Assembly: GCA_965214605.1 (NCBI GenBank)
Contig: OZ243961.1
Coordinates: 4,000,001 to 4,064,000 of the forward strand
Reading direction: 5' to 3'
Length of the DNA: 64,000 bases
Origin: an uncultured Candidatus Binatia bacterium
Lineage (GTDB): Bacteria > Desulfobacterota > Binatia > Bin18
A program made the translations under genes and the position numbers. Positions 9,324-19,244 of the stretch are shown one piece after another. Within the stretch, counting starts at the first letter, position 1. Each line of letters begins with the position of its first letter. The notes beneath the pieces were generated by a model, which was not told the DNA's origin, made no database searches, and saw only the letters and a program-made list of their open reading frames with translations.

Positions 9324-10731
9324 GCCGTTCTCCAGTGTCGTTGGCCTGAGTCGCGCCTTGACGCATGAGTGTGAGCCACTGCCGGTAGTGGCCATGGTAG
9401 ATTATCTCGTCCCGGAAGTCAGGGGTACTTGAGGCAGGGGTGAACCCCAGGGCTCGGGCCTCGGCGTCCGGGCCCTGGACCAAGCGTCCGGCGCCGCGCA
9501 CGTAGCCCTGCTGCCAGCGGACCTGGCGACCGTTATAGCCTCGCTGGCAGGCCTCAAAGGCGGCCAGATCGTCCGGCGTACCCACGCCGCTGGCGTTAAA
9601 AAAGTCTTCATACTGACGCAGGCGGTGTTCGCGCATTGCGGGCGTTTCGCCGACCGGCGCTATGCAGTAGGTTGAAACACGCGTTTTATCCGGCGCTAAA
9701 GGATGAATAACCCGGATCTGGGTCGAGATCTGGTCCATGAAGAAGACGTTGGGATACAGCAGCAGGTTGCGCAGTCGTTCCATCATCCAGCGCGCCCGGG
9801 TTTCCCCGTAGCGGCTTACCATCTCGTCCCGGCGTTTGTATAACGGTCGGACCTGAGGGTTGGGATAGTCGGTCCACAATAGCGAGTGGCCATGGCCTAG
9901 GTCGTAGCTACCGGTGGCCAGAGTCGAGGCCTCGAGCTGTTGGACGTCGAGGGCTTTAACCGCATCGTGCTGGGCGGCCGCTCGGCGCTGAATAACGCCC
10001 AGGAAGCTGCGGTGTACCACGTCAAAGTGGTAGCCATCGACCCCATTTTCGACCTGTAACTTCCAGTTACCGGCAAACGTGTAATCAGCACTTCCCCGCA
10101 GTACCTCTAAGCCCTCAGGAGCTTGGTCAGCCAGCATATCGATAGCCGTACGGGCAGCACCTAGATGCTCGTCTAGCTCGGGGACATTGGGGTTCAGGCT
10201 GGCAAACACAAAACCTCGGTAATTGGTCAGGCGCGGGATACGCGATAAGCCGTGATCCTGGCTCTCGAACAGAGCCGGATAGGCCCCGCTATCCCGGTCT
10301 TTTACACTGACCAAGGCGCCGTTGGTATTAAACGACCAGCCATGATAGGGGCAGGTCAAGACCTTCTGATTGCCCCGCTTGGCCAGACACACGGTTGCTC
10401 CCCGATGCGGGCAGGTGTTAATAAAACCGCCGATTTCACCCGTCTGGTTGCGCATCAGGAGGATTGGCTGGCGCCCCATGGTGGTGGTGAAGAAATCGTT
10501 AGGCCGGGGGAGCTGGCTCTCATGGGCGACGTATACCCAGCTGCCCTCAAAAATATACTCCATCTCTAACTCAAAGAGCTCAGGATCGGTGAACAGCGAG
10601 CGGTCGATGGTAAAGAAGCCCTGTTCGGGCTGATCGACGATATACATCTGGAAGTCCCGCTGTAGGGGGTGTTTGGATGTCAAGGCCCGCCCGTTGTGGG
10701 CGACACGTGGGGCAACCGTAGGTCTAGTCAT
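9313..10731 (-). CDS. Rieske aromatic ring-hydroxylating dioxygenase alpha subunit (benzoate/toluate/anthranilate type)
   Basis: Rieske CPHRG...CPYHGW; mononuclear Fe motif NWKLQVENGVDGYHFDVVH; YEDFFNASGVGTPDDL as in BenA-type enzymes. Confidence 0.9.
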   Translation of the reverse strand: MTRPTVAPRVAHNGRALTSKHPLQRDFQMYIVDQPEQGFFTIDRSLFTDPELFELEMEYIFEGSWVYVAHESQLPRPNDFFTTTMGRQPILLMRNQTGEIGGFINTCPHRGATVCLAKRGNQKVLTCPYHGWSFNTNGALVSVKDRDSGAYPALFESQDHGLSRIPRLTNYRGFVFASLNPNVPELDEHLGAARTAIDMLADQAPEGLEVLRGSADYTFAGNWKLQVENGVDGYHFDVVHRSFLGVIQRRAAAQHDAVKALDVQQLEASTLATGSYDLGHGHSLLWTDYPNPQVRPLYKRRDEMVSRYGETRARWMMERLRNLLLYPNVFFMDQISTQIRVIHPLAPDKTRVSTYCIAPVGETPAMREHRLRQYEDFFNASGVGTPDDLAAFEACQRGYNGRQVRWQQGYVRGAGRLVQGPDAEARALGFTPASSTPDFRDEIIYHGHYRQWLTLMRQGATQANDTGERHDV

Positions 10732-10877
10732 ATGTCTCCCTCCTTGCCAGCATGCCTGTCACTATGGCGCGTCTGAGTCCAAATAAAAAGAGACGTGTTC
10801 GGGTCATAGAGATGAGGAACAGGAGCAGACGAAAAGACAAAGATCGGCTATGAGAATTGTCCAGAGGTTTTTTGCCT

Positions 10878-12644
10878 ATGACTACTCAAGAGCCAATTCT
10901 CAGCGAACATCATCTGCTCATCTTTCTTCTCCAAGTCCTGCTGTTGCTAACTCTGGCCCGGGGGTGTGGAGAACTCCTGCGCCGTTGGGGCCATCCTCCG
11001 TTGGTCGGAGAAATTCTGGTCGGCGTCTGCTTGGGGCCGACTTTGCTAGGCCGGCTCGTGCCCGGCATGCACTCCTCCCTCTTCCCATCTGATCCCATAC
11101 AGCAGGCGATGTTGGAGACGGTGTCCTGGTTCGGTGTCTTGTTTCTGTTGCTGGAAACAGGCCTTGAGGTTGATGTGTCGGCCGCCTGGCGCCAGCGTGG
11201 CCCTGCGCTGCGGATCGGCATTATCGGGGTCATCGTCCCGCTCCTCGTTGGCTTTGGGCTGTCGCTGTTGCTCCCCGAGAGCTATATCTCGGCGCCCGAA
11301 CACCGCGTCTCCTTTGCCCTCTTTTTGGGCACGACGATGGCGATCAGCGCCATGGTTATTATTGCCCGGGTGTTGCACGATCTGGATCTTATCAAGACCG
11401 ACCTAGGCCTGCTGACCCTGTGTGGCTATGCCGTCAACGATATCCTGGCCTGGGTTATCTTTAGCCTTGTCTTGGCTGCCGCAACCCAGGCGGTCTTAGA
11501 TATCGGCTCGGTCACCGTGCTGTTGCTGGTCACCATCGCCTTTACCGGGTTGTGTCTGACGGTCGGACTGCGGATGGTTGATCGGTCGATTGCGTTTATC
11601 AACAGTCAACTTCCCCAGCAGCCCGGCGCGGTCCTGTCGTTCGTGTGCTGTCTGGGCCTGCTGTGCGGGGCGATTACGGCCTGGATTGGCTTAACCGCCC
11701 TGCTTGGTTTCTTTTTGGCTGGGATCATGGCTGGCCAGGCCCACACTCTGTCCGAACGTATTCGCCAGATTCTGACCCAAATGGTTCACGCGATTTTTGT
11801 CCCGCTGTATTTTGCCGGTATTGCCCTACGGGTTGATTTTTTTGAAAATTTTGATGCCTTTCTGATTGTTTTTGTGACCGTGGTGTCCATTGGCGGAAAA
11901 TATCTCGGCGCCTGGCTCGGCGCCTTTGGCACGGGGCTGTCTCGGGTTGACCGTATTTCGATCGGCATTGCGTTCACACCCAGCGGGGTGACCGGCATCG
12001 TGGTTGCGGCAGTGGCGCTTGAGTATGGAATTCTGACCGTGCCCGTTTTTGTGTCGATTATTTTTTCGGCCATTATCTCCTCGCTGCTGGTCGCCCCGTG
12101 GCTGATGTGGTCGGTGCGGCGCCGCCAGGAGATCCATATCCTCGAATTTTTCCTCCGTCGAGCGTTGATTGCCAACCTACGCGGCAGCACCCGCCAAGCG
12201 GTCATTCAAGAGCTATGTCGGGCACTGGCCGACCACACACCGCCCAGTCAGGGTATTTCTCCCGACAGCGTCTTCGCTGCAGTAAACGAACGGGAAGAAC
12301 TGATGGGAACCGGGCTGGGAAGCGGACTGGCCATCCCCCACGCTCGGCTGACGAGTCTGAGCAAACCGTTGCTGGTGTTTGGCCGCTCCAGGTATGGGAT
12401 CGAATGGGACGCGCCCGACGGCCTGCCTGTCCATCATGTCTTCCTGCTGCTGACGCCTGTTGCCGATGATGGGTTGCAGCTCCAAATCCTGGCTGCCCTA
12501 GCGCGGACAATGAGCCAGGAACAGATCCGCACTCGCCTGGAACAAGCCGAAGATGAGCGCGCAGTGTGGCTGGTTTTACAGGAGGCGCTGCAGGGACAGC
12601 AGTTGGTCTCCACTAAGACCGGTCCGAGGACTGCTTCGGCTTAG
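10878..12644 (+). CDS. Cation:proton antiporter (CPA2/Kef-type) fused to a PTS EIIA-like domain
   Basis: About 12 hydrophobic segments (GHPPLVGEILVGVCLGP, AIFVPLYFA); C-terminal EREELMGTGLGSGLAIPHAR EIIA motif. Confidence 0.85.
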   Translation: MTTQEPILSEHHLLIFLLQVLLLLTLARGCGELLRRWGHPPLVGEILVGVCLGPTLLGRLVPGMHSSLFPSDPIQQAMLETVSWFGVLFLLLETGLEVDVSAAWRQRGPALRIGIIGVIVPLLVGFGLSLLLPESYISAPEHRVSFALFLGTTMAISAMVIIARVLHDLDLIKTDLGLLTLCGYAVNDILAWVIFSLVLAAATQAVLDIGSVTVLLLVTIAFTGLCLTVGLRMVDRSIAFINSQLPQQPGAVLSFVCCLGLLCGAITAWIGLTALLGFFLAGIMAGQAHTLSERIRQILTQMVHAIFVPLYFAGIALRVDFFENFDAFLIVFVTVVSIGGKYLGAWLGAFGTGLSRVDRISIGIAFTPSGVTGIVVAAVALEYGILTVPVFVSIIFSAIISSLLVAPWLMWSVRRRQEIHILEFFLRRALIANLRGSTRQAVIQELCRALADHTPPSQGISPDSVFAAVNEREELMGTGLGSGLAIPHARLTSLSKPLLVFGRSRYGIEWDAPDGLPVHHVFLLLTPVADDGLQLQILAALARTMSQEQIRTRLEQAEDERAVWLVLQEALQGQQLVSTKTGPRTASA

Positions 12645-13579
12645 TTGAAGGGGAGACACAACGGTGCCGATACCACGGTGAGCCACGAGGTCGGCGCTCT
12701 GCCGATCATCTCTGGTTGGGTAAGCGACATCGCTGTCGTCGGTCTGGATCGAAAACCCGAGGAGTCCCGATTTGCACGCCGCCCAAGGCGAAGTTGGCAA
12801 AGCTCCGAGCGTAACGTGCGGTATGGACCGTACGGTGGCTGATGGGTCCATCTCATTCCATGAGGCCAAGGACTGCTACTCCCCCAGCTTGGTCGCTAGC
12901 ACTGTTGCACCGAGCAGTCAGCCAAAGGCGCAATACTCTTCCCACGGGCTACTCCTAGCCGCGGTGAGTGGAGTCAACGGGAGGCCGAACAGCGTCTGTA
13001 AGGTCCAGCAAACCAAGCTGGCTGCGCAAGCGGAGCGGCGGGCTGACCAACGAAATGGGTCTCACGGCCAGTGCTTCGCTACCTGTTGCTCCTGGGCTAT
13101 GCTTAAACAACGAAGCCAAGAAGGCGCTCAGGTACGACGCGACGGTCCCCACGACGACGAAGATAAAGCCCGTCCGTTAGCCTCAAGCAGCTATGGACCA
13201 AACACATAAGGACCATAATACTGGTCAGCTGACAGAGCCGCTGGCCTTGGGCAGATATGGGCCAAACACTGGCTGCTCCGTTGGGTAGAGGGCAGTCCCC
13301 GGATAGCGACGACCCAAGCGGTGAATTCGACGAGGCTGATGACGGGCGGGAAGGCGAAAAAGAAGCCGGCAATAACACCTGGGAGGAAGCAAGGAGCCCC
13401 GGTCAGGTAGCGTGTTGAGATGAGCTACCGGCCACCGGACGATAGGGCGGCAATACTGATGAGAACATCGCTGAGACTGGTGAACTGATGCATTGAGACG
13501 GATCCGCGGCGGTGAACCGGGAGCACTCGGCCCGCGCGTATTCGCGAGACACGCTTGGGTGAAGACAAGACTCAACACG

Positions 13580-13969
13580 TTATTCCAGTGGCCGTTCAAG
13601 CAGTCTGACAATCTGGACGTGGCCGTGTGCTCTGGCCAAGGATAGGGCGCTCTGTTCGGTAAAATGATCCGTCAGGTGTGGATTGGCTCCGGCCGCAAGT
13701 AGGGTCTCAACCGTCTCGATATGGCCGTTGCTAGCTGCTCTCATCAGGGCCGTGCGCCCCATTGCGTCGGTGACATCAGGGTTCATCCCACCCCGCAAGA
13801 ACAGCTCGACGATCCGGGTTCCGCCCAGCTCGGCATAAGTCAGAAAATGCGCCTGGTCCCAGCGTAGCCCATACAAGGCAAGTTCTCTGCGGGCCTCTTC
13901 GGGGCTTGGACCACAGCCGAGCAAAAGTAGATATCCGAGCAGCAGCCAACCGGAACGAGAGCTTCGCAT
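13580..13969 (-). CDS. Ankyrin-repeat lipoprotein
   Basis: Lipobox LLLLGC; repeats GRTALMRAASNGHIETVETLLAAGANP and SALSLARAHGHVQIVRLL. Confidence 0.8.
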   Translation of the reverse strand: MRSSRSGWLLLGYLLLLGCGPSPEEARRELALYGLRWDQAHFLTYAELGGTRIVELFLRGGMNPDVTDAMGRTALMRAASNGHIETVETLLAAGANPHLTDHFTEQSALSLARAHGHVQIVRLLERPLE

Positions 13970-13977
13970 TCGACTGC

Positions 13978-14250
13978 CTATGATCGGGCGTTACAGTTGG
14001 CCCGGCATGTTTTCAGATCTCGGTCAGCGGCAATATTGCAGTCCATCAGCTGATCCAAGGCCCCCTGTTCCAGCAGTTCGTCCCGACACACGGATCGGCT
14101 CGCGTCAACGGTTTTGGTACAGGACTCATAACACTGTTGCCTGGGGCTCAACTGTGGCTCGGGCGGGGCTTCTTCCGGCGACTGACAAGCGGTTAGCCCC
14201 ATCAGGCTCGTGCTTATGAGCCCCCCGATCATCGTCTTCCATATCCCCAT
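13978..14250 (-). CDS. Small Cys-rich lipoprotein, hypothetical
   Basis: AAGGGA RBS, signal peptide with LTAC lipobox, six Cys in the mature part; 8 nt upstream of the ankyrin gene. Confidence 0.6.
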   Translation of the reverse strand: MGIWKTMIGGLISTSLMGLTACQSPEEAPPEPQLSPRQQCYESCTKTVDASRSVCRDELLEQGALDQLMDCNIAADRDLKTCRANCNARS

Positions 14251-14263
14251 GCTATCCCTTTGC

Positions 14264-14300
14264 AAAAAGAAAAGGCAGGAAGCTGCTACGCTCCTGCCTC
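14264..14300 (-). terminator. Rho-independent terminator after the amidohydrolase
   Basis: Minus strand AGGCAGGAGC-gtagca-GCTTCCTGCCT followed by TTTCTTTTT. Confidence 0.6.
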
Positions 14301-14342
14301 TTGTCTGTGGGCTGTTATGATTATGAGTTGAGACTGGGCTGA

Positions 14343-16022
14343 CTACGTGTTCGACCGCAATACCTGACCCGGCATCGCCCCGGTATGCTGGGCGTCCTGG
14401 TACAAGACTTCACCGTTCACAATCGTGTGGAGGACGCCGTGGGCCGGCATCACAAGACGACGGCCGCCGCCCGGTAGGTCGTGGCGCATCTCGGGCCGTT
14501 TTGGCGAGCCAATGGTGTTGGCGTCGAAGATGGTGATGTCGGCTGCTTTGCCCCGTTCTAGCGTCCCGCGGTCCCGCACGCCAAAGAAGGCGGCCGGCTC
14601 TGCAGTGATCCGCCGGACTGCATGCTCTAAGCTTATGGCCTGTTTTTCACGAACCCAGTGGCCGAGTAGGTAGGTGCAATAGCCGGCGTCGCACAGCATA
14701 TCGACGTGGGCACCACCGTCCGAGAGCCCGATGAGGGTGTTGGGGTGGTTGATCAGCTCGGCAACCCGGTCTTCGCTAGCGTTAAATAGGTACATGACGT
14801 ACTGCAGGTTGAGCCCGTCCTCAATGGCTAAATCTAGGAAGGTATCAAGACCGTCGGCGCCCCGTTCCTGGGCCACGGCGGCGACCGTCTTGCCCTCATG
14901 CTGTTTGAGCGCGGGGCTGACGGCTTCGTGGACAATCACCCGGTCCCACTGTCCGGCAAACACTCGGGGTTCGTCCATGGTCTTGCGGAACGCCTGCCGA
15001 AAGGACGGCTCACGGTACAGCGCGATCTGCTCTTCAGCCGTTCTGTTAAATGCCGCATTCCATGACGGGAGGTTGGCAAAGATAAATGGGTTGTGCAGGT
15101 TGACCTGGACGCTCAGGGGGCGCGGTGAGACCTGGGGCACAACGCCGCGCTTAATCAGCGGCAGGGTCCGTTCCAAGGTATCCATGCACACATCGGGCTT
15201 ATCGTCCCGCGATAGCAGGGCCAGCCAGGTCACCGGGCGGTTGCTGGAGCTGGCCAGGTGGTCCAGCAGCGCGTAGTCGCTCTCTGACACCACGCCTGGG
15301 TTGTCGTTGAGCGCGAGCTCAATTGTGCCTCGACCCAGATCTTTGAGCACGCCACCGTACGCAGCCAGCTCTTCTCGGCTGGCCAGCCGGCAGGCCAGCG
15401 GCCGCCCCTGATAGCCAATATGCTGAGGGCCGTTGGTGGTTGAAAAACCAAACGCACCAGCCTCCATCGCTCCTCGCAGCAGGCTTGCAATCTGGGCTGT
15501 CTCTTCAGGCGTGGCCGCCCGATCCATAGACTCTTCGCCCATGACATAGTGCCGGAACGGGGTCAGCGGAGCCATGAAGCCGAGATTGATGCCTGAGCCG
15601 CGTTTGGCAGCGGCATCCATATATTCGGGAAAGGTTTCCCAGTCCCACGTCACGCCTTGGGATAAGACCTCAAAGGGAATCGCCTCGACGTTGACCAGAT
15701 CCCAGGCTGCAATCTCCCGCACGTCCGGCTTACACGGCGCCAGACCCACGCCACAGTTCCCCATAATGACGCTAGTGACTCCGTGCCAAGACGAACAGGT
15801 AATGACCGGGTCCCAGCAGATCTGGGCGTCGTAATGGGTGTGGGGATCAAAAAAGCCGGGCGTCACAACTAGATCCGAGGCGTCAATGACTTTTTTCGCA
15901 CCCTCGGCGATTTTACCAAGGGCGGCAATCTTGCCGTTGGCTACCGCCACATCCGCGCGATAACGCTGCGCCCCGGTCCCGTCTACAACCGTCCCGTTTT
16001 TAATCAGCAAATCGTAGGTCAT
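14343..16022 (-). CDS. Amidohydrolase, N-acyl-D-amino-acid deacylase family
   Basis: PGFFDPHTHYDAQ, HGVTSVIMGNCGVG, GLSDGGAHV, RGTLERGKAADITIFD. Confidence 0.9.
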   Translation of the reverse strand: MTYDLLIKNGTVVDGTGAQRYRADVAVANGKIAALGKIAEGAKKVIDASDLVVTPGFFDPHTHYDAQICWDPVITCSSWHGVTSVIMGNCGVGLAPCKPDVREIAAWDLVNVEAIPFEVLSQGVTWDWETFPEYMDAAAKRGSGINLGFMAPLTPFRHYVMGEESMDRAATPEETAQIASLLRGAMEAGAFGFSTTNGPQHIGYQGRPLACRLASREELAAYGGVLKDLGRGTIELALNDNPGVVSESDYALLDHLASSSNRPVTWLALLSRDDKPDVCMDTLERTLPLIKRGVVPQVSPRPLSVQVNLHNPFIFANLPSWNAAFNRTAEEQIALYREPSFRQAFRKTMDEPRVFAGQWDRVIVHEAVSPALKQHEGKTVAAVAQERGADGLDTFLDLAIEDGLNLQYVMYLFNASEDRVAELINHPNTLIGLSDGGAHVDMLCDAGYCTYLLGHWVREKQAISLEHAVRRITAEPAAFFGVRDRGTLERGKAADITIFDANTIGSPKRPEMRHDLPGGGRRLVMPAHGVLHTIVNGEVLYQDAQHTGAMPGQVLRSNT

Positions 16023-16111
16023 GTATCACTCCTTACCTGAATACCCAGAAATACCCCTCCCGTGCTCCCTATCCTGTCGAAGAGGAGCCGTCAAGCTTGC
16101 ACAGCGCGTCT

Positions 16112-16882
16112 CTAGCTCGGGGGCAGTCCGACCCCCGGATACACCACGAGCAGCAGTCCGAGCCCGATCAGAGCAAGTCCAACGCCTTTTCCTAGCACCG
16201 CGCCGTGGGGCACCACTTTTTCCACAAAGATGACAAGGGCCAGAATGCCCATCCACACCAGGTTCATCGTGCCCACCACAAACATTACTGTCATCAGGCT
16301 CCAGCAGCAGCCCAAACAAAAGGCCCCGTGTCGAAAGCCCATCCGAAGCGCCCCCCACGCCCCCTCCTGCCAGTGCTGAAGCAAAAAGCCGAGCGGCGAG
16401 CGACACTGGGTCAAACACAGGTATTTCAGGGGCGTGAACTGGTAGAGCCCGGCAACGATAAGCAGGCCGCCACCAAAAGCCATACCATACGCCCGCAGGC
16501 TAGGAAACGCAGAGGGCAAAGATTGAATCGCCACATCACCCGCGTACGCCAGGCCGCCGGTTAGAGTCCACACCAGCGTGTAGCCGCCAACAAAGATCCA
16601 GGCTGGCACAAACGGGGCAGCCTGTTCCCGTTTGCGGCGTGAGATGGTCGAGAACAGCACGACCATGGGTACGACAGACGGAAACATCATGGCCACCATC
16701 ATGACGCCCCACAGGAGAATATACACCCCGGCGTTGGCGACCGAAGCGGAGCGGCCCATTGTCATACTAGGAGTCATCAGACTCAGGCCCGGGCCGCCCA
16801 TCTCGCGAACCGTGATCACCCAGGCCACAATCGACACCGCAGCCAGAGCGCCAACAATGATAAGGCTGTCGCGGCTGCGCAT
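16112..16882 (-). CDS. DUF2182 predicted metal-binding membrane protein
   Basis: WGVMMVAMMFPS, AGLYQFTPLKYLCLTQCRSP, GAFCLGCCWSLM, MNLVWM...EK. Confidence 0.85.
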   Translation of the reverse strand: MRSRDSLIIVGALAAVSIVAWVITVREMGGPGLSLMTPSMTMGRSASVANAGVYILLWGVMMVAMMFPSVVPMVVLFSTISRRKREQAAPFVPAWIFVGGYTLVWTLTGGLAYAGDVAIQSLPSAFPSLRAYGMAFGGGLLIVAGLYQFTPLKYLCLTQCRSPLGFLLQHWQEGAWGALRMGFRHGAFCLGCCWSLMTVMFVVGTMNLVWMGILALVIFVEKVVPHGAVLGKGVGLALIGLGLLLVVYPGVGLPPS

Positions 16883-16888
16883 GAGCGC

Positions 16889-17494
16889 CTAATTCTGCCA
16901 GCTGAACGGCGCAAAATGCCCGTTCGTTTCGCTTACATCCCAGACTAAGTTGTGGTCGGCGTAGCGGTAAGCTCGAGACTGAGCCAGGGCCAGTTTCGAC
17001 GACACCGGATGGGCGGCGTTGGTCGCCCACAGCGGCTCACTGCCGTCCCGACCGGTGATTGCCTTGATATCGATGTCGAGGATGTCGGGGATGCTCAGCC
17101 GGCGGGCGTTGCCGTCAATGTCATAGCTGATCGGTGCGCTTGTGACGCCTAAGAAATTGCTGACAAGCGAAAAAACCATCTGCATCGGTCCGCCGGCCTG
17201 ACCCGAGTAAATGGCGCTGAGTGCTTCCCGTTGAGCCTCGGACGCGGCGGCGTCCACGTACACCGCGGCCGTCCAGTTGCCCTCGATCATTTTGCCAGGA
17301 CCGGGAAAAGACGCCACAAACACGGCGTTCAAGCCGTTGAGGGCGGTTTGGCCGTAGCTGCCCCGGTCAATATGAAAGGCCAGGGCCGCATCGCAGCGGC
17401 CGCGGGGCGGCCTGGCCTGAACTAAGCAGGGGCATACCAGGTCACAGTTACACGATTCAAAATAATCACCGCTCAGCGTCCATTGTTCTGCCAT
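16889..17494 (-). CDS. DUF1326 domain protein
   Basis: MAEQWTLSGDYFESCNCDLVCPC, GSYGQTALNGL, YSGQAGGPM; GGGGGAG RBS before the ATG at 17494. Confidence 0.85.
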   Translation of the reverse strand: MAEQWTLSGDYFESCNCDLVCPCLVQARPPRGRCDAALAFHIDRGSYGQTALNGLNAVFVASFPGPGKMIEGNWTAAVYVDAAASEAQREALSAIYSGQAGGPMQMVFSLVSNFLGVTSAPISYDIDGNARRLSIPDILDIDIKAITGRDGSEPLWATNAAHPVSSKLALAQSRAYRYADHNLVWDVSETNGHFAPFSWQN

Positions 17495-17523
17495 ATCTCC
17501 CCCTGTGTCGTGCGAGGCGCGGC

Positions 17524-19230
17524 TTAGAACTGATAGGTCAGCCGTAGCACGGTTTCGTCCCAGCGTCGATACAGGCCGCCCAAGCCCCAACTCTCGTCAA
17601 CCTGACCGCCATAGCCGGGCACGAAGAAATAACTCTGGGCAAGCCGGACAATCAGACGTGGGGTGATGTAGTAATCGACTACCCAGCCGAACTGTGAGCT
17701 ATAGTGGTTCATCGGGTCAAGCACATAAAAAGCGATGGGCAGCAATCTGCCCCGCATATACAGCGTACTCGCTGCGATCGTGCCGACCGCCTCCCAGTTA
17801 CGGACCTTATCGGTCGCCGACAGCTGGCCCTGAAAGCGGGACGTATTGGTAGGAATATACTGCCAAAACAGCTGGCTGGTCAGAAAAAAGGTCGAACGTC
17901 GGTTTAGGCTCCTGATCCAGGTCGGCCGGTCAAAACCAACAAACGCTTGCCACACATCGCTCTTTTTGACGCCCAACAGGCCGCTCGGCACAGGGTTGAC
18001 GCCTTCGTCCAGGACCATGATCGGTTTACGCTTATCGGCAAACGGTTTGCCAAACTCGTAAATGGTCTCCATCCGAAACACGCCCTCGGTATACGTGTCG
18101 TCAGCATAACTGGCCGAGAGGCCGAGCGTGTGGGTATAGGGATAGTACGCCTCGGCGGGCAGGATACCACGCGCCATCAGCGCCGTGTTCTCAGCCGCGA
18201 CCTCGGCAACCGACGCACAGCGGGCCGTGCCTAGCCGGCACTGGTTACGGCCGCGTAAGTTGGCCGTATTGACCCCATCATCATGGGCGATGCGCTGGTA
18301 CAGATAGTTGAGGGTGAGGGTGAGGCCGGACGGAGTGGTCCCACCTAGGCGCACCCCAACCTGACTGTTCTCGCTAATATTTTTGTGATAGTCGCCCTGG
18401 CGCCCCAGCACGGTTCCCTTCAGCAGTTTAAAGTTCTCCAAAGTATTGGCAAACGGGAAACTCCACGGCCGGCCCGGCGTGTAACCAAACTTGAGTGGCA
18501 TCCATAGACCCGGAACCCAGTAGGTTTCAAGAAACACATCGCTCAAGCTCCCGATCTGACCAAAATTATAAGTGGCGCGGATCATCCAGTACGGAATCCG
18601 CAGGTCGTCCCAGGTTTCCTGGCCCACACCGCCACCGTGCCAAGTCGCGTCCAAGGCGTTGGTGCGATCGAGCATGCGCAGGTTATCCGACTCCCCCCAC
18701 ACAATCATCTGGCGCCCTAGACGCAAGGTGAGGGGAACATCCGTCAGTTCGATGTCGGTATAGACCTCACGAAAGGTGCTCTCAAAACGCAGTGCCTGAG
18801 CGGCGCTGACGTCGAGATTGGCCAGACTGTCGCCCCGACCGGCCCTGCCCTTATACGGAAAAATTTCCTGGCGGGGACCGGGGCGGAAGTCGTACACGCT
18901 ATCATACACCCCACGGTATAGGCCGACAAAGTGGGCCGATTTAATCCACGGCAGGCGAAACCGGTCAAGAATCCGCCCGTCCCGGACCCAGTCGTACTCC
19001 AGCTGTAGCCGGACGGTGTTGCGCTGCTGGACAATCGACCACTTATCCACCTCGGGATGGCGAAAGATCTGTTGGGTCTGGATATTGCCGGAGAAGGACA
19101 GGGGCTCGGCGGTGAACTGGGCGTAGGCATTGGGAAGAGAGACGAGGACTCCCAGCACGACCAGCAGGCTTTGGGCGAGGTGTGTCGGCCGGCTGTGGGT
19201 GTCATGTCCGAAGGGGGTATGGTGTCGCAT
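17524..19230 (-). CDS. DUF1302-family outer-membrane protein
   Basis: Signal peptide, YRGVYDSVYD, REVYTD, LRLGRQMIVWGESD, C-terminal RLTYQF beta-barrel signature; adjacent to DUF1329. Confidence 0.75.
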   Translation of the reverse strand: MRHHTPFGHDTHSRPTHLAQSLLVVLGVLVSLPNAYAQFTAEPLSFSGNIQTQQIFRHPEVDKWSIVQQRNTVRLQLEYDWVRDGRILDRFRLPWIKSAHFVGLYRGVYDSVYDFRPGPRQEIFPYKGRAGRGDSLANLDVSAAQALRFESTFREVYTDIELTDVPLTLRLGRQMIVWGESDNLRMLDRTNALDATWHGGGVGQETWDDLRIPYWMIRATYNFGQIGSLSDVFLETYWVPGLWMPLKFGYTPGRPWSFPFANTLENFKLLKGTVLGRQGDYHKNISENSQVGVRLGGTTPSGLTLTLNYLYQRIAHDDGVNTANLRGRNQCRLGTARCASVAEVAAENTALMARGILPAEAYYPYTHTLGLSASYADDTYTEGVFRMETIYEFGKPFADKRKPIMVLDEGVNPVPSGLLGVKKSDVWQAFVGFDRPTWIRSLNRRSTFFLTSQLFWQYIPTNTSRFQGQLSATDKVRNWEAVGTIAASTLYMRGRLLPIAFYVLDPMNHYSSQFGWVVDYYITPRLIVRLAQSYFFVPGYGGQVDESWGLGGLYRRWDETVLRLTYQF

Positions 19231-19244
19231 CCGGTTACCTTACC

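Noticed and set aside
12650-13500. Hydrophobic minus-strand fragments resembling a decayed transporter
   Set aside because: Too degraded to assign a family by eye; not listed as a feature.
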